59,971 bases of DNA from positions 1-59,971 of IMG/VR virus record IMGVR_UViG_3300025769_000114, one strand, 5' to 3'. The DNA comes from a virus. Lineage: Duplodnaviria; Caudoviricetes. Of this stretch, positions 7,991 to 17,144 are shown in pieces (within the stretch, counting starts at the first letter, position 1; each line of letters starts with the position of its first letter). The notes beneath the pieces were generated by a model. That model was not told the DNA's origin, did no database searches, and was given only the letters and a program-made list of their open reading frames with translations. The position numbers were made by a program, and so were the translations under genes.

Positions 7991-9847
7991 ATGGCTCTCA
8001 GTAAAATCAAGTTTGCCCCCGGCGTAAACAAAGAAGGCACAGAGTATTCTGCTGACGCAGGATGGTTTGATGCTGACAAGATACGTTTTCGCCAAGGCAG
8101 AGTTGAAAAGATAGGGGGTTGGGAGAAGTACACAGATCAAAGCTTCCTTGGTGTCTGTCGGTCTTTACACAACTGGTCATCTTTAGAGTCCATAAACTAT
8201 CTGGGTGTGGGTACTAATCTAAAGTTCTATGTGGCTGAAGGCGCTGGGTACAACGACGTAACCCCAATAAGGCTTACCTCTGGCGCGGGTGATGCTACAT
8301 TTGCAGCAACAGACGGCTCTTCAACAATCACAGTTACAGAGAACGCTCATGGCGCGGTTGTTAATGACTTTGTTACTTTTAGTAGCGCAGCATCTCTTGG
8401 CGGGTTAATCACAGCCGCAGTCTTAAATCAGGAGTATCAGATTACTTCTGTGCCAACGACCAACACCTTTACGATTACGGCTAAGGACACAAACGGAACC
8501 GAGGTAGTCGCAAACTCTAGCGATACAGGTAACGGCGGTAGTTCTACTGTTGCGACTTATCAGATAAACACGGGCTTAAACACTTTCGTTCAAGGCACCG
8601 GATTTGGCGCAGGCACTTGGAGTTCTGGCGCTTGGGGCAGTTCTAGCAGCATATCTGCGGCTGGGCAGTTGCGCTTGTTTAGTCAAGACAACTTTGGCGA
8701 GGACTTGGTGTTCAATGCTAGAGGCGGTGGTATTTATTACTGGGACGAAAGCTCTGGTACAGGCACTAGAGCTATAGAGATTGGATCTCTTGCAGGGGCT
8801 TCAAACACGCCGACTATTGCCTTACAGGTTCTAGTTTCTGATATAGATCAGCACGTTATTGCTTTTGGCTCTAACCCGATTGGCTCATCAACTATTGACC
8901 CGTTATTAGTTAGGTTCTCTGATCAGGAGAATGCAGCAGATTGGACGCCAACAGCAACAAATACCGCTGGTGGTGTAAGGATAAACTCTGGATCAGAGAT
9001 CATTGGTGCCGTACAGACAAGGCAAGAGATACTTGTTTTTACAGATGTAAGTTTGCACTCAATGCGGTTTACTGGCGCTCCGTTTACCTTCCAGTTTTCA
9101 ACGCTAAGCACAGACATCTCTATGATCTCACCAAACGCGGCGGTTAACGCCAGAGGCTCTGTGTACTTCATGGATTCTGGTGGGTTCTATGTTTACAACG
9201 GCTCAGTGCAACCACTGCCTTGTAGCGTTAAAGAGCATGTGTTTACCAACCTGAACAAAGGTCAGGCGTTCAAGGTTTTTGCGGCAGAAAATAACGATTT
9301 TTCTGAAGTGATCTGGTTCTATCCTGTAGGCACCGATGACACTGAAATTACCAACTATGTGTCGTACAACTACGCTGAAAATCTTTGGGCTGTAGGCACT
9401 TTGGATCGTGGCGCTTGGATTGGTTATTCCAAGAACTCCAACCCTATTGCATCCAGCGTAAACACTGGGGTCACCGACGCAAACTACCTATACAACCATG
9501 AAATTGGTTTTGATGATGACGGTCAGGCAATGACGGCGTTTGTTGAGTCAGGTGATTTGGAGATAGGTGAAGGCGAGCGGTTTATGATGATTAGCAGGAT
9601 AATCCCTGACTTTAGCTTCCGTGGAGCTACATCAGATGCGTCTGTTGATTTCACAATCAAAGGCAGCAACTTCCCGCTAGAAACGCCCACAACCCAAGCA
9701 ACAGCTACAGTTACATCGTCAACTCAGCAGTCACACATACGCACAAGAGCAAGACATGCAATTGTTCGCATTGAAAGCAGCGGGTCTGGTTTTGGTTGGA
9801 GGCTTGGTGATCTTAGGTTTGATATGCGACAGGACGGTAGGCGCTAA
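7991..9847 (+). CDS. Tail nozzle / packaged-DNA stabilisation protein (P22 gp10-like)
   Basis: PGVNKE...KIRFRQG..EKIGGW start, VRFSDQE, C-terminal WRLG..RFD..DGRR. Confidence 0.8.
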   Translation: MALSKIKFAPGVNKEGTEYSADAGWFDADKIRFRQGRVEKIGGWEKYTDQSFLGVCRSLHNWSSLESINYLGVGTNLKFYVAEGAGYNDVTPIRLTSGAGDATFAATDGSSTITVTENAHGAVVNDFVTFSSAASLGGLITAAVLNQEYQITSVPTTNTFTITAKDTNGTEVVANSSDTGNGGSSTVATYQINTGLNTFVQGTGFGAGTWSSGAWGSSSSISAAGQLRLFSQDNFGEDLVFNARGGGIYYWDESSGTGTRAIEIGSLAGASNTPTIALQVLVSDIDQHVIAFGSNPIGSSTIDPLLVRFSDQENAADWTPTATNTAGGVRINSGSEIIGAVQTRQEILVFTDVSLHSMRFTGAPFTFQFSTLSTDISMISPNAAVNARGSVYFMDSGGFYVYNGSVQPLPCSVKEHVFTNLNKGQAFKVFAAENNDFSEVIWFYPVGTDDTEITNYVSYNYAENLWAVGTLDRGAWIGYSKNSNPIASSVNTGVTDANYLYNHEIGFDDDGQAMTAFVESGDLEIGEGERFMMISRIIPDFSFRGATSDASVDFTIKGSNFPLETPTTQATATVTSSTQQSHIRTRARHAIVRIESSGSGFGWRLGDLRFDMRQDGRR

Positions 9848-10041
9848 TGGCAACAAGACAAAACCCACTACCTGTTCCAACGCCAGAGTATGATGTTAAC
9901 AACGAGGCGATTACTCGCAGAACCATAGAACAGGCGATGGATCAGATAGAAAACGATGTAAACCTAGCAAAGACCCAAGGCGACAAGTCTGGATCTTTAG
10001 CTATGCGTAGGTTCCAGTTCCTGCTTATGGGTGCATCGTGA
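9847..10041 (+). CDS. Small virion protein
   Basis: TAATG coupling; PLPVPTPEYD motif. Confidence 0.65.
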   Translation: MATRQNPLPVPTPEYDVNNEAITRRTIEQAMDQIENDVNLAKTQGDKSGSLAMRRFQFLLMGAS

Positions 10042-10367
10042 CAGACGTTATCAAGGTGCTTGGTCAGGTTGATGTCAGCGCGACTACAACAACGACTTTG
10101 TACACAGCGCCCGACCTAACACAAACAACTGTTAGCTCATTGGTTATATGCAACCGTGGCGGTTCTGGCATCACGTTCAGAGTCAGTGTCCACGTTGGCG
10201 GTGCAACAGCCGATGACAAGCAGTTTATTTTTTACGACGAGGATCTTGCAGCAACCACCACGAGGACGGTTGTAATAGGCATTTGCCTCTCTCAAACAGA
10301 TGTGGTCAAGGTTTATTCCAGCGCCGCCAATGTAAGTTTTAACCTATTCGGGGTGGAGACAAGTTAA
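10038..10367 (+). CDS. Small beta-rich virion protein
   Basis: TTLYTAP...SSLVICN...NLFGVE; coupled. Confidence 0.7.
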   Translation: MTDVIKVLGQVDVSATTTTTLYTAPDLTQTTVSSLVICNRGGSGITFRVSVHVGGATADDKQFIFYDEDLAATTTRTVVIGICLSQTDVVKVYSSAANVSFNLFGVETS

Positions 10368-12325
10368 TGAACTATGTAAGAGGACAGCTACAGCAAGCGC
10401 CATTACAGCCACAAGCAGAACAGATGGCCCAGTATGGTCGCTACGGCGACAGTATGTTGGTTCACATGAATCCAGCAGAGGTGCAGGGCATCGCATCACT
10501 CACCCCCGGCGGTTTAACTACAAACCCTGTCACAGGTCAGCCAGAGGCGTTTGCCTTCCTTATCCCTATGCTGGCAAGCATGGCCGCTCCCGGCGCGTTT
10601 ACAGCCGCTGCTGGCGCTTTAGGCACAGGTGCGCTAGGAAGCACCTTGGCTGCAATAGGCGCTAACAGCGCCCTAGCAGGCGCTATAGGCTCAGGCCTTG
10701 CCACAACAGCCATGACTGGCGACCTCAAGAAGGGTATTGCTTCTGGCCTTATGGGCTACGGGGTAGGATCTGCTTTGGGTGCGGGTGCGGACGTTGCTAC
10801 AGGCGCTGATGCCACTGCTGCCGCTTTGGATACAGCCACTACTGAGGGCGCTAAGCTGGCTGCTGATGCTACAGCGTTGCAAGCCGCCGCTGTAGACCCT
10901 ACTTCGATAGAGGCGGCATCAAAAGCCGCAATTGATGCAACCAGCAATCAAGGTTTGCAGGATGCATTAAGCGACAGGCTTATATCCGAAAGAACCAGTG
11001 CTGGGTTTGGAGAAAGGCTTACGCAACCTTTTTCAAGTGGAGATGCACTAAAAGCTACAGCTAAAGGCCTTACGAAGCCTTCTGCAATCCTGCCAATGGC
11101 AATAGGCAGTGGTATGCAGGGCGACATAGAAATGCAGGAAGGCTACGAGCGCATGGCTCGTGAAGCTGAGCGTGAGCGCCAAGCGGAATCGGATAGAGCA
11201 TACGAACTTCTAGGCACCTCTCTTTCGCAGGTTGGTCAGGATTACAACATGGATGTATCTGGTGCTAACAGACGGTATTCAGCTTATGACGGCTACAACA
11301 TGGGTGGCATCGTATCTGTAAATCCACAAGAGTATCAGCGCCAGTTAGGTGAGGTTCAAAGACTTGGTCAAGCACCTGTCCGCATGGATATGGGCGGCCC
11401 TACAGGGGGGTTTAACCAAGATTATGTGCCTCCGAGTGTTAGGTTTGGCCTTGGATCTGCGGCGTCCCGTCAAGCTGGCCTTAGAGGCCCAGTGGCTAAA
11501 ACGGCAGAAGAGCTTGCAGAGGTTGGGTATCGGCCCGGATTTGGCCCTGAAATAAGCTATTTTAGGGAAAGAACTCCAGAAGCTGACACTACAGACACAA
11601 CAACCACAGACACTACAACGCCTCCAGTAGATGTGCCGTTTGATCCGGGTATGCGTGACGGCATCGGCTCTATGATGTCTGAGTCTGAGTACGACGCTTT
11701 GGTTGCTTTAGCTACAACGCCAAGGCGAGGTATGAGCAGGGCAAGCAAGAAGTATCAGGCTGCTGTTCAAGAGTATGAGGATCTTGGTCTGACTGGCGAC
11801 AAACAAAAAGACATGGGCGTATTTCAAACACCAGTGAACATGGATGAGTTGGCGTTTGATTACACTGAAACATACGCTATGCAAGAGGGTGGCTCGGTTC
11901 CTAGCGCAGATCCGTTAATAGAGCAGGCAATGATGGCAGTTCTTGGGCAGCTATCTGAAGATGAGGCTGAGATTGTCATAAAAAGATTCGTTGATGAGTA
12001 CGGGTCTGAGGCATTTCAAATGCTAAGAGAGCAGGTGCTGCAAGGCGTACAACCTAACTCGCAAACCGAAGGCCTTATTAAGGGCGAAGGTCGAGGTATG
12101 GATGACATGATTCCCGGAACTATTGGCGCTCAGCAGCCAGTAGCTGTTTCTCCCGGCGAGTACATCATCCCTGCTGATGTGGTATCTGCGGCTGGTGACG
12201 GCGACACAGATGCAGGCGCTAGACGTTTTGATCAGATGTTAGACGAAGTACGAATGCAAAAAACAGGTACAACGAAGCAGCCAGACCCGCTGGTTTCTAG
12301 TGCTGGAGGACTAATACCCGCATGA
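10367..12325 (+). CDS. Internal virion/ejection protein
   Basis: GRYGDSMLVHMNP...TTNPVTGQPEAF, Ala/Gly hydrophobic stretch, C-terminal G-x-G-x-G-x-DD-x-IP...GEYIIPADVVS. Confidence 0.7.
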   Translation: MNYVRGQLQQAPLQPQAEQMAQYGRYGDSMLVHMNPAEVQGIASLTPGGLTTNPVTGQPEAFAFLIPMLASMAAPGAFTAAAGALGTGALGSTLAAIGANSALAGAIGSGLATTAMTGDLKKGIASGLMGYGVGSALGAGADVATGADATAAALDTATTEGAKLAADATALQAAAVDPTSIEAASKAAIDATSNQGLQDALSDRLISERTSAGFGERLTQPFSSGDALKATAKGLTKPSAILPMAIGSGMQGDIEMQEGYERMAREAERERQAESDRAYELLGTSLSQVGQDYNMDVSGANRRYSAYDGYNMGGIVSVNPQEYQRQLGEVQRLGQAPVRMDMGGPTGGFNQDYVPPSVRFGLGSAASRQAGLRGPVAKTAEELAEVGYRPGFGPEISYFRERTPEADTTDTTTTDTTTPPVDVPFDPGMRDGIGSMMSESEYDALVALATTPRRGMSRASKKYQAAVQEYEDLGLTGDKQKDMGVFQTPVNMDELAFDYTETYAMQEGGSVPSADPLIEQAMMAVLGQLSEDEAEIVIKRFVDEYGSEAFQMLREQVLQGVQPNSQTEGLIKGEGRGMDDMIPGTIGAQQPVAVSPGEYIIPADVVSAAGDGDTDAGARRFDQMLDEVRMQKTGTTKQPDPLVSSAGGLIPA

Positions 12326-12837
12326 ATCAACTATTAAGCTTTGACGAGTCAAGGGTTAGGGATATCTCTCGCGAACCAAAAGTTCGCAGCAAGTCAGCGC
12401 CGAGAGAAGTAACCCACGCCATAACTATGGTTCCACCAAACTATGTGGAAACTCTGTGGCCTGAGATAAGAGATCAGTTGCTCAAAGCTATTGCTAGGTC
12501 TAAGGGCCGATGGACGGAACGAGCGTTGTTTCACTCCGTTGTTTCGGGCAATCAGCACCTTTGGTTAGCGTTTGATTCAGAACACAAGATAAACGGAGTA
12601 GGCACTACAGAGCTTATGTCTTACCCCGGCAAAAAGATGCTCACAATACAGTTCTTGGGCGGCGACAAATTCAATGAATGGGTTTGGGACATGCTGGAAA
12701 GATTTACTGACTGGGCTAAAGATAATAACTGTGATGGCATAGAAGCTACTGCTAGGATGGGATTCTGGAAATGGCTTCAGCAAGACGGCTTTGAAAGGTC
12801 ATATGTCGTTTACGAAAGGAGTTTGAAGGATGAGTAA
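12322..12837 (+). CDS. GNAT-fold-like protein preceding the DNA-injection genes
   Basis: HLWLAF...FLGG...WAKDNNCDGIEATARMGFWKWL; position as in podovirus internal-protein clusters. Confidence 0.6.
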   Translation: MNQLLSFDESRVRDISREPKVRSKSAPREVTHAITMVPPNYVETLWPEIRDQLLKAIARSKGRWTERALFHSVVSGNQHLWLAFDSEHKINGVGTTELMSYPGKKMLTIQFLGGDKFNEWVWDMLERFTDWAKDNNCDGIEATARMGFWKWLQQDGFERSYVVYERSLKDE

Positions 12838-14962
12838 AGGCGGTGGTGGCGGCGGCGTCCAACAAAGCGAAAGCGTAGTAACTCAAACTAATTTACCAGA
12901 GTATGCCAAGCCTTTTTACGAGGAGATGCTTGGTCGTACAGTCTACGAAAGCACTCGTCCATACGAGACTTATCAGGGCACTAGAATAGCCGACTTTAAC
13001 CCGTTTGAAACTACAGCAATGACGGGCATGGCTGAGATGGCTGCTGCTGGCGCTCCACAGCAGATAAGGTCTGCAAGCGACATAGCTACCCAAATAGGCT
13101 TCCAGCCTACCAATATGGGCACAAACATAGCCGCTGGATTCAACCCTCAACAGCAGTTTTCAGGGTATCAAGCCGGGACTATTGGATCAGGATACACCGC
13201 CCCTACCGACGCATCACTCACACAAGGTTTTCAGGCTGGCACATTAGCTCCAACCTATGCACCCGGAACCATAGCGTCTGGTTATGTGCCACAAGCAAGA
13301 ACATCGGCATTTGCCCCTCAAACATCTACAAGCGGTTACACAGCGGAAGATGTAACGTCCGGCTATGAAGCAGGAACAGTTGGGCAAGGCTATCAAGCTA
13401 GAGAATTAGGTGTTGGCTACGAAGCTGGCGCTTTTGATCCGGGCTACGTTGCGCGTGAGCTAGGTCAAGACTACGCAGCAAGAGATTTGCAGTCTCAATA
13501 CACAGGGCAGGGCGATTTTGGCCCCGGTTTTCAAGCTGGAACAGTAGCTGACGCAGCTACTCTAGAAAGCTATATGAGTCCTTATCAGCAGCTTGTCACT
13601 GACATAGAGGCTAGAGAAGCGCAAAGAGCTTCAGATATACAGGCTGCAAACATATCGCAACAAGCAGCGCAGGCTGGCGGTCTGGGCGGCTATCGTGAAG
13701 CAATCATGCAGGCTGAGCGTGAAAGAAACCTTGGTCAGCAGCTTGCAGACATACAAGCTAAGGGCGGTCAGGCGGCGTTTGCTCAAGCACAGCAGGCGTT
13801 TGAGGCTGACAGAGCAGCAAGACTACAAGAGGCTCAGCTTGGACTGCAAACAGGGACACAAGCGCAGCAAGCCTTACAACAGGCAGAACAGCTAAGGCAA
13901 TCAGCGTTTGGCACCACTGAGCAGGCAAGACAAGCCCAGCAAAAAATGGCTATTGACTCGTTCAGGGTTGGTGAGCAAGCCAGACAGCAGGCTGCTCAGC
14001 TTGGTCTTTCCGCCCAGCAGCAGGAAGACGCAGCAAGACAAGCCCAAGAAAAGTTCTCGCAAAGCGCGTTTCAACAAACAGAGGCAGGCCGAAGGTCGCA
14101 ACAAGAACTTGACGTTCAAGCGTTTCAAGCTGGAGAACAGGCAAGACAACAGGCTGCTAAGCTTGGTCTTTCTGCCGATCAACAAGATGCTGCTGCTCGC
14201 CAAGCACAAGAGCAGTTACGGCAGGGCGCTTTTGGTCAGACTATGGAAGGGGCTGCTCAACAAGAGCAGTTCGCTCAGCGAGCATTTGAGGCTGGTGAAA
14301 AAGCAAGACAGACGGCAGCACAGCTAGGTCTTTCTGCTCAACAGCAACAAGAAGCGGCGAATCAGGCTGCTCAGCGGTTCCGTTCAGATGCGTTTGCAGA
14401 GAATCAAAGAGGCAGACTTGCTCAGCAACAAGAGGCTAGGGCTGTGTTTGAGGCTAGAGAAAGAGCCAAGCAACAGGCAGCACAGCTAGGGTTGTCGGCA
14501 GCAGAAACTCAAGAGCGCATGAGACAAGCCGAAAACCAAGCCGCTATGCAGGCTAGAGAGTTTAACGTCCGAACAGCGCAAGACAGAGCGCAACTAGGGT
14601 TGGCTGGGCTACAGGCTGATCAGGCTGGTAGGGGTCAGGCCTTGGATGCTGCAAGACTTCTTAGCTCGCTTGGTGGTCAAGAGCAGGCAATGGCTTTCGA
14701 CAGGTTGCGTAACTTGCAAGCCGCTGGTGAGATACAGCGTGGTTTGGATCAGCGTAGCCTTGATATGGGTTACCAAGACTTCTTGCGTCAGCAAGCGTTC
14801 CCAAGAGAGCAGATTGGATTCTTTAGCAATATGCTTCAAGGGCTACCTGTTACCCCCGGTAGCACTATGGCGAGTTATGGCGTACAGCCTTCAACAACTC
14901 AACAGCTTCTTGGCGCGGGTATCGGTGGCGTAGGCTTGTATAATGCCTTGGGCGGCAGGTAG
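12830..14962 (+). CDS. DNA injection/pilot protein, Gln/Ala-rich with a 54-aa repeat
   Basis: MSKGGGG start, LPEYAKP, YMSPYQQ; QLGL unit every 162 nt. Confidence 0.75.
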   Translation: MSKGGGGGGVQQSESVVTQTNLPEYAKPFYEEMLGRTVYESTRPYETYQGTRIADFNPFETTAMTGMAEMAAAGAPQQIRSASDIATQIGFQPTNMGTNIAAGFNPQQQFSGYQAGTIGSGYTAPTDASLTQGFQAGTLAPTYAPGTIASGYVPQARTSAFAPQTSTSGYTAEDVTSGYEAGTVGQGYQARELGVGYEAGAFDPGYVARELGQDYAARDLQSQYTGQGDFGPGFQAGTVADAATLESYMSPYQQLVTDIEAREAQRASDIQAANISQQAAQAGGLGGYREAIMQAERERNLGQQLADIQAKGGQAAFAQAQQAFEADRAARLQEAQLGLQTGTQAQQALQQAEQLRQSAFGTTEQARQAQQKMAIDSFRVGEQARQQAAQLGLSAQQQEDAARQAQEKFSQSAFQQTEAGRRSQQELDVQAFQAGEQARQQAAKLGLSADQQDAAARQAQEQLRQGAFGQTMEGAAQQEQFAQRAFEAGEKARQTAAQLGLSAQQQQEAANQAAQRFRSDAFAENQRGRLAQQQEARAVFEARERAKQQAAQLGLSAAETQERMRQAENQAAMQAREFNVRTAQDRAQLGLAGLQADQAGRGQALDAARLLSSLGGQEQAMAFDRLRNLQAAGEIQRGLDQRSLDMGYQDFLRQQAFPREQIGFFSNMLQGLPVTPGSTMASYGVQPSTTQQLLGAGIGGVGLYNALGGR

Positions 14963-14971
14963 AGGATAGCA

Positions 14972-17140
14972 ATGCAAAACTTAATTCAGCTAGAAGATGA
15001 TGTAAAAGGCTTGCCTGATCAGGCTTTGCAGCAGTTAGCTCAAAGACCTAACCCGCAACTTCCCCAGTTCCTTGTTGTGAGCGAGATACAGCGCCGTAGC
15101 GACATGCGTAAGCGTTTTGAAGCAAGGCAACAACAGCCTCAAGGCACTGTTGCTCAGCAAATAGTTGCACCTCAGCAGCAGGGTATAGGCGCTATGGTGC
15201 CTCCGGGCCAGCAGCCTATGCCTCCAAGAATGCCCATGCAGCCCCCTATGCAGCAGCCTATGGCTCCACAAGGGATGTCCGGCGGTGGCGTAGTCCGCAT
15301 GGCGGCAGGTAGGCAAGCTACATTCCCTATGGATCAAACTCCGCCACAGTCATCTATTATTGGTCAGAGAATAAATAACCCGTTTAACATCAGGCAGTAT
15401 GACCAAGGATTTCTTGGTGAATCAGGCGAAGACTCAGGCTTTGTAAGCTTTGAAGACCCAATGTACGGAGTTCGCGCTGCTGACAGAGTGCTTACCACCT
15501 ACGGCACAAAGCGCGGAATCAACACCATCCGTGGTCTAATAAATAGGTTTGCTCCGCCATCAGAAAACGACACTAGGAATTACGTTAACTACATATCTGG
15601 TCAGCTTGGCATAGACCCTGACGCAGAGGTTGACCTTTCTGATCCTGAGATGAGAGCAAGAATCTTGTCGCCAATGGCTATGATGGAGTCTAGGTCTGAG
15701 TACAGCCCCGGCCAGATAACCGAAATGATTGAGATGGCTAATGCGCCTCGGCAAGAACTAAGGCCTCTTGTGCCAGACGTTCAGTTGCCAGAAATGAATA
15801 TACCTATGCCTCAACAACGAGAGACACGGGTGACCACCGAAGAGGTGTTTGATGCTCCAGTCCAACAAAGCGGCCCACAAAGCCTAGACGAGCTAATGAC
15901 CGCCACCTTTGGTGACAGACAGACCCCAGATGTTGCACCTCAAAGCCGTCAGGGGGCTGTATCAAGGCTTCCTGAGCTAGAGGGCGGATTACCACAAACA
16001 ATGCGACAACCCACTGGCAGCGAGCCGGGGGACGTTATACGGCTGGCTGAAGACACTAAGGTTGATCCGAAGGGCCTTATTACTACAGACAATCAGCCTG
16101 TAGGGGCAATCGTTGAAGATGCTTTGAAAGCGCAGCCAAAAGATAAGGTAAGACCTGCTGCAACCGATATATCGGCGTCTTTAGCCTTGCTTGAGCAATC
16201 TGCACAGGCGATTGGAGATCCCAGCACTGCTGTGACGGAAAGAATGAGGCTGTTGACCACTCCGCAACAAGTGCCTGCGGCTCAAGCCGCCTCTGACACT
16301 GGGGACATATCAATTCTTGGCGGGTTGATTACAGGAAAGCGCAAGTCTCCAGAGGAGATGGCTAGGATACAAGCTGAAAGGGACGCCACTACGAAAAGGA
16401 TGCTTGAGGCTCAGGCAGCATCTGATGAAGAAAAACCCAGAGAAACAAGACGGGCAAGAAGGTTAAGACAACGAGGCAATAACCCCACCACTGTTGTAGA
16501 AGAAAAAGCTGCTGAGCAATCTGCTGCCGCAGAAACCGATGTTGAAAGAGGTGAAATAAAAGAAGAGATCGTCAATCAGCAACCAGTTGATGACATCAGT
16601 CAAACAGCGCAAACAACACAACAACAGGCTGATCAATACATAGCAGACGCTAGAAAAGCCCGTCAAGAGGGGCTGATTACCAAAGAAGATTTAGCCAAGA
16701 AAGAAGCTTTAGGCGCTGCATTGATACAGCTTGGTGCGGGTATTGCCAAGGGTGACTTCGCAGAAGGCCTTTCTAAGGCTGGCGTTGCTGCACAGGATGT
16801 GCGTGAAAAAGCTCGTGACAGGGCTGTAAGGTCTGATTATTACGAGTACTTGAAGACCAAACCTTCCACAACGGGTCTTACCGCTTCAGGTCAAAATTAT
16901 CAGCGGCTGTTAAAAACCGTAAACACAGAGCTAGAAAAAGAATTTGGCAAAATAAACATAAACATGATGCCTGAAGACATTCAGTTGCAGTATGCAGCTA
17001 GGCGTGAGCAATTATTGCGTGAACTCGCCCCTCAATTTCAGTTAGGTGATGCTGATATTGGGCCATCACTCGTTGATCCAGTGCAAGCGGCAACGCAAAG
17101 TGCCACTCCGGGTGGCATAAACTTCGGGGATATGCAGTAA
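14972..17140 (+). CDS. Ejection protein with lysozyme-like (virion peptidoglycan hydrolase) domain
   Basis: NNPFNIR...GF..F.....GVRA...TIRGLINRFAPPSENDT..Y motif at about 15370-15700. Confidence 0.7.
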   Translation: MQNLIQLEDDVKGLPDQALQQLAQRPNPQLPQFLVVSEIQRRSDMRKRFEARQQQPQGTVAQQIVAPQQQGIGAMVPPGQQPMPPRMPMQPPMQQPMAPQGMSGGGVVRMAAGRQATFPMDQTPPQSSIIGQRINNPFNIRQYDQGFLGESGEDSGFVSFEDPMYGVRAADRVLTTYGTKRGINTIRGLINRFAPPSENDTRNYVNYISGQLGIDPDAEVDLSDPEMRARILSPMAMMESRSEYSPGQITEMIEMANAPRQELRPLVPDVQLPEMNIPMPQQRETRVTTEEVFDAPVQQSGPQSLDELMTATFGDRQTPDVAPQSRQGAVSRLPELEGGLPQTMRQPTGSEPGDVIRLAEDTKVDPKGLITTDNQPVGAIVEDALKAQPKDKVRPAATDISASLALLEQSAQAIGDPSTAVTERMRLLTTPQQVPAAQAASDTGDISILGGLITGKRKSPEEMARIQAERDATTKRMLEAQAASDEEKPRETRRARRLRQRGNNPTTVVEEKAAEQSAAAETDVERGEIKEEIVNQQPVDDISQTAQTTQQQADQYIADARKARQEGLITKEDLAKKEALGAALIQLGAGIAKGDFAEGLSKAGVAAQDVREKARDRAVRSDYYEYLKTKPSTTGLTASGQNYQRLLKTVNTELEKEFGKININMMPEDIQLQYAARREQLLRELAPQFQLGDADIGPSLVDPVQAATQSATPGGINFGDMQ

Positions 17141-17144
17141 AGAG

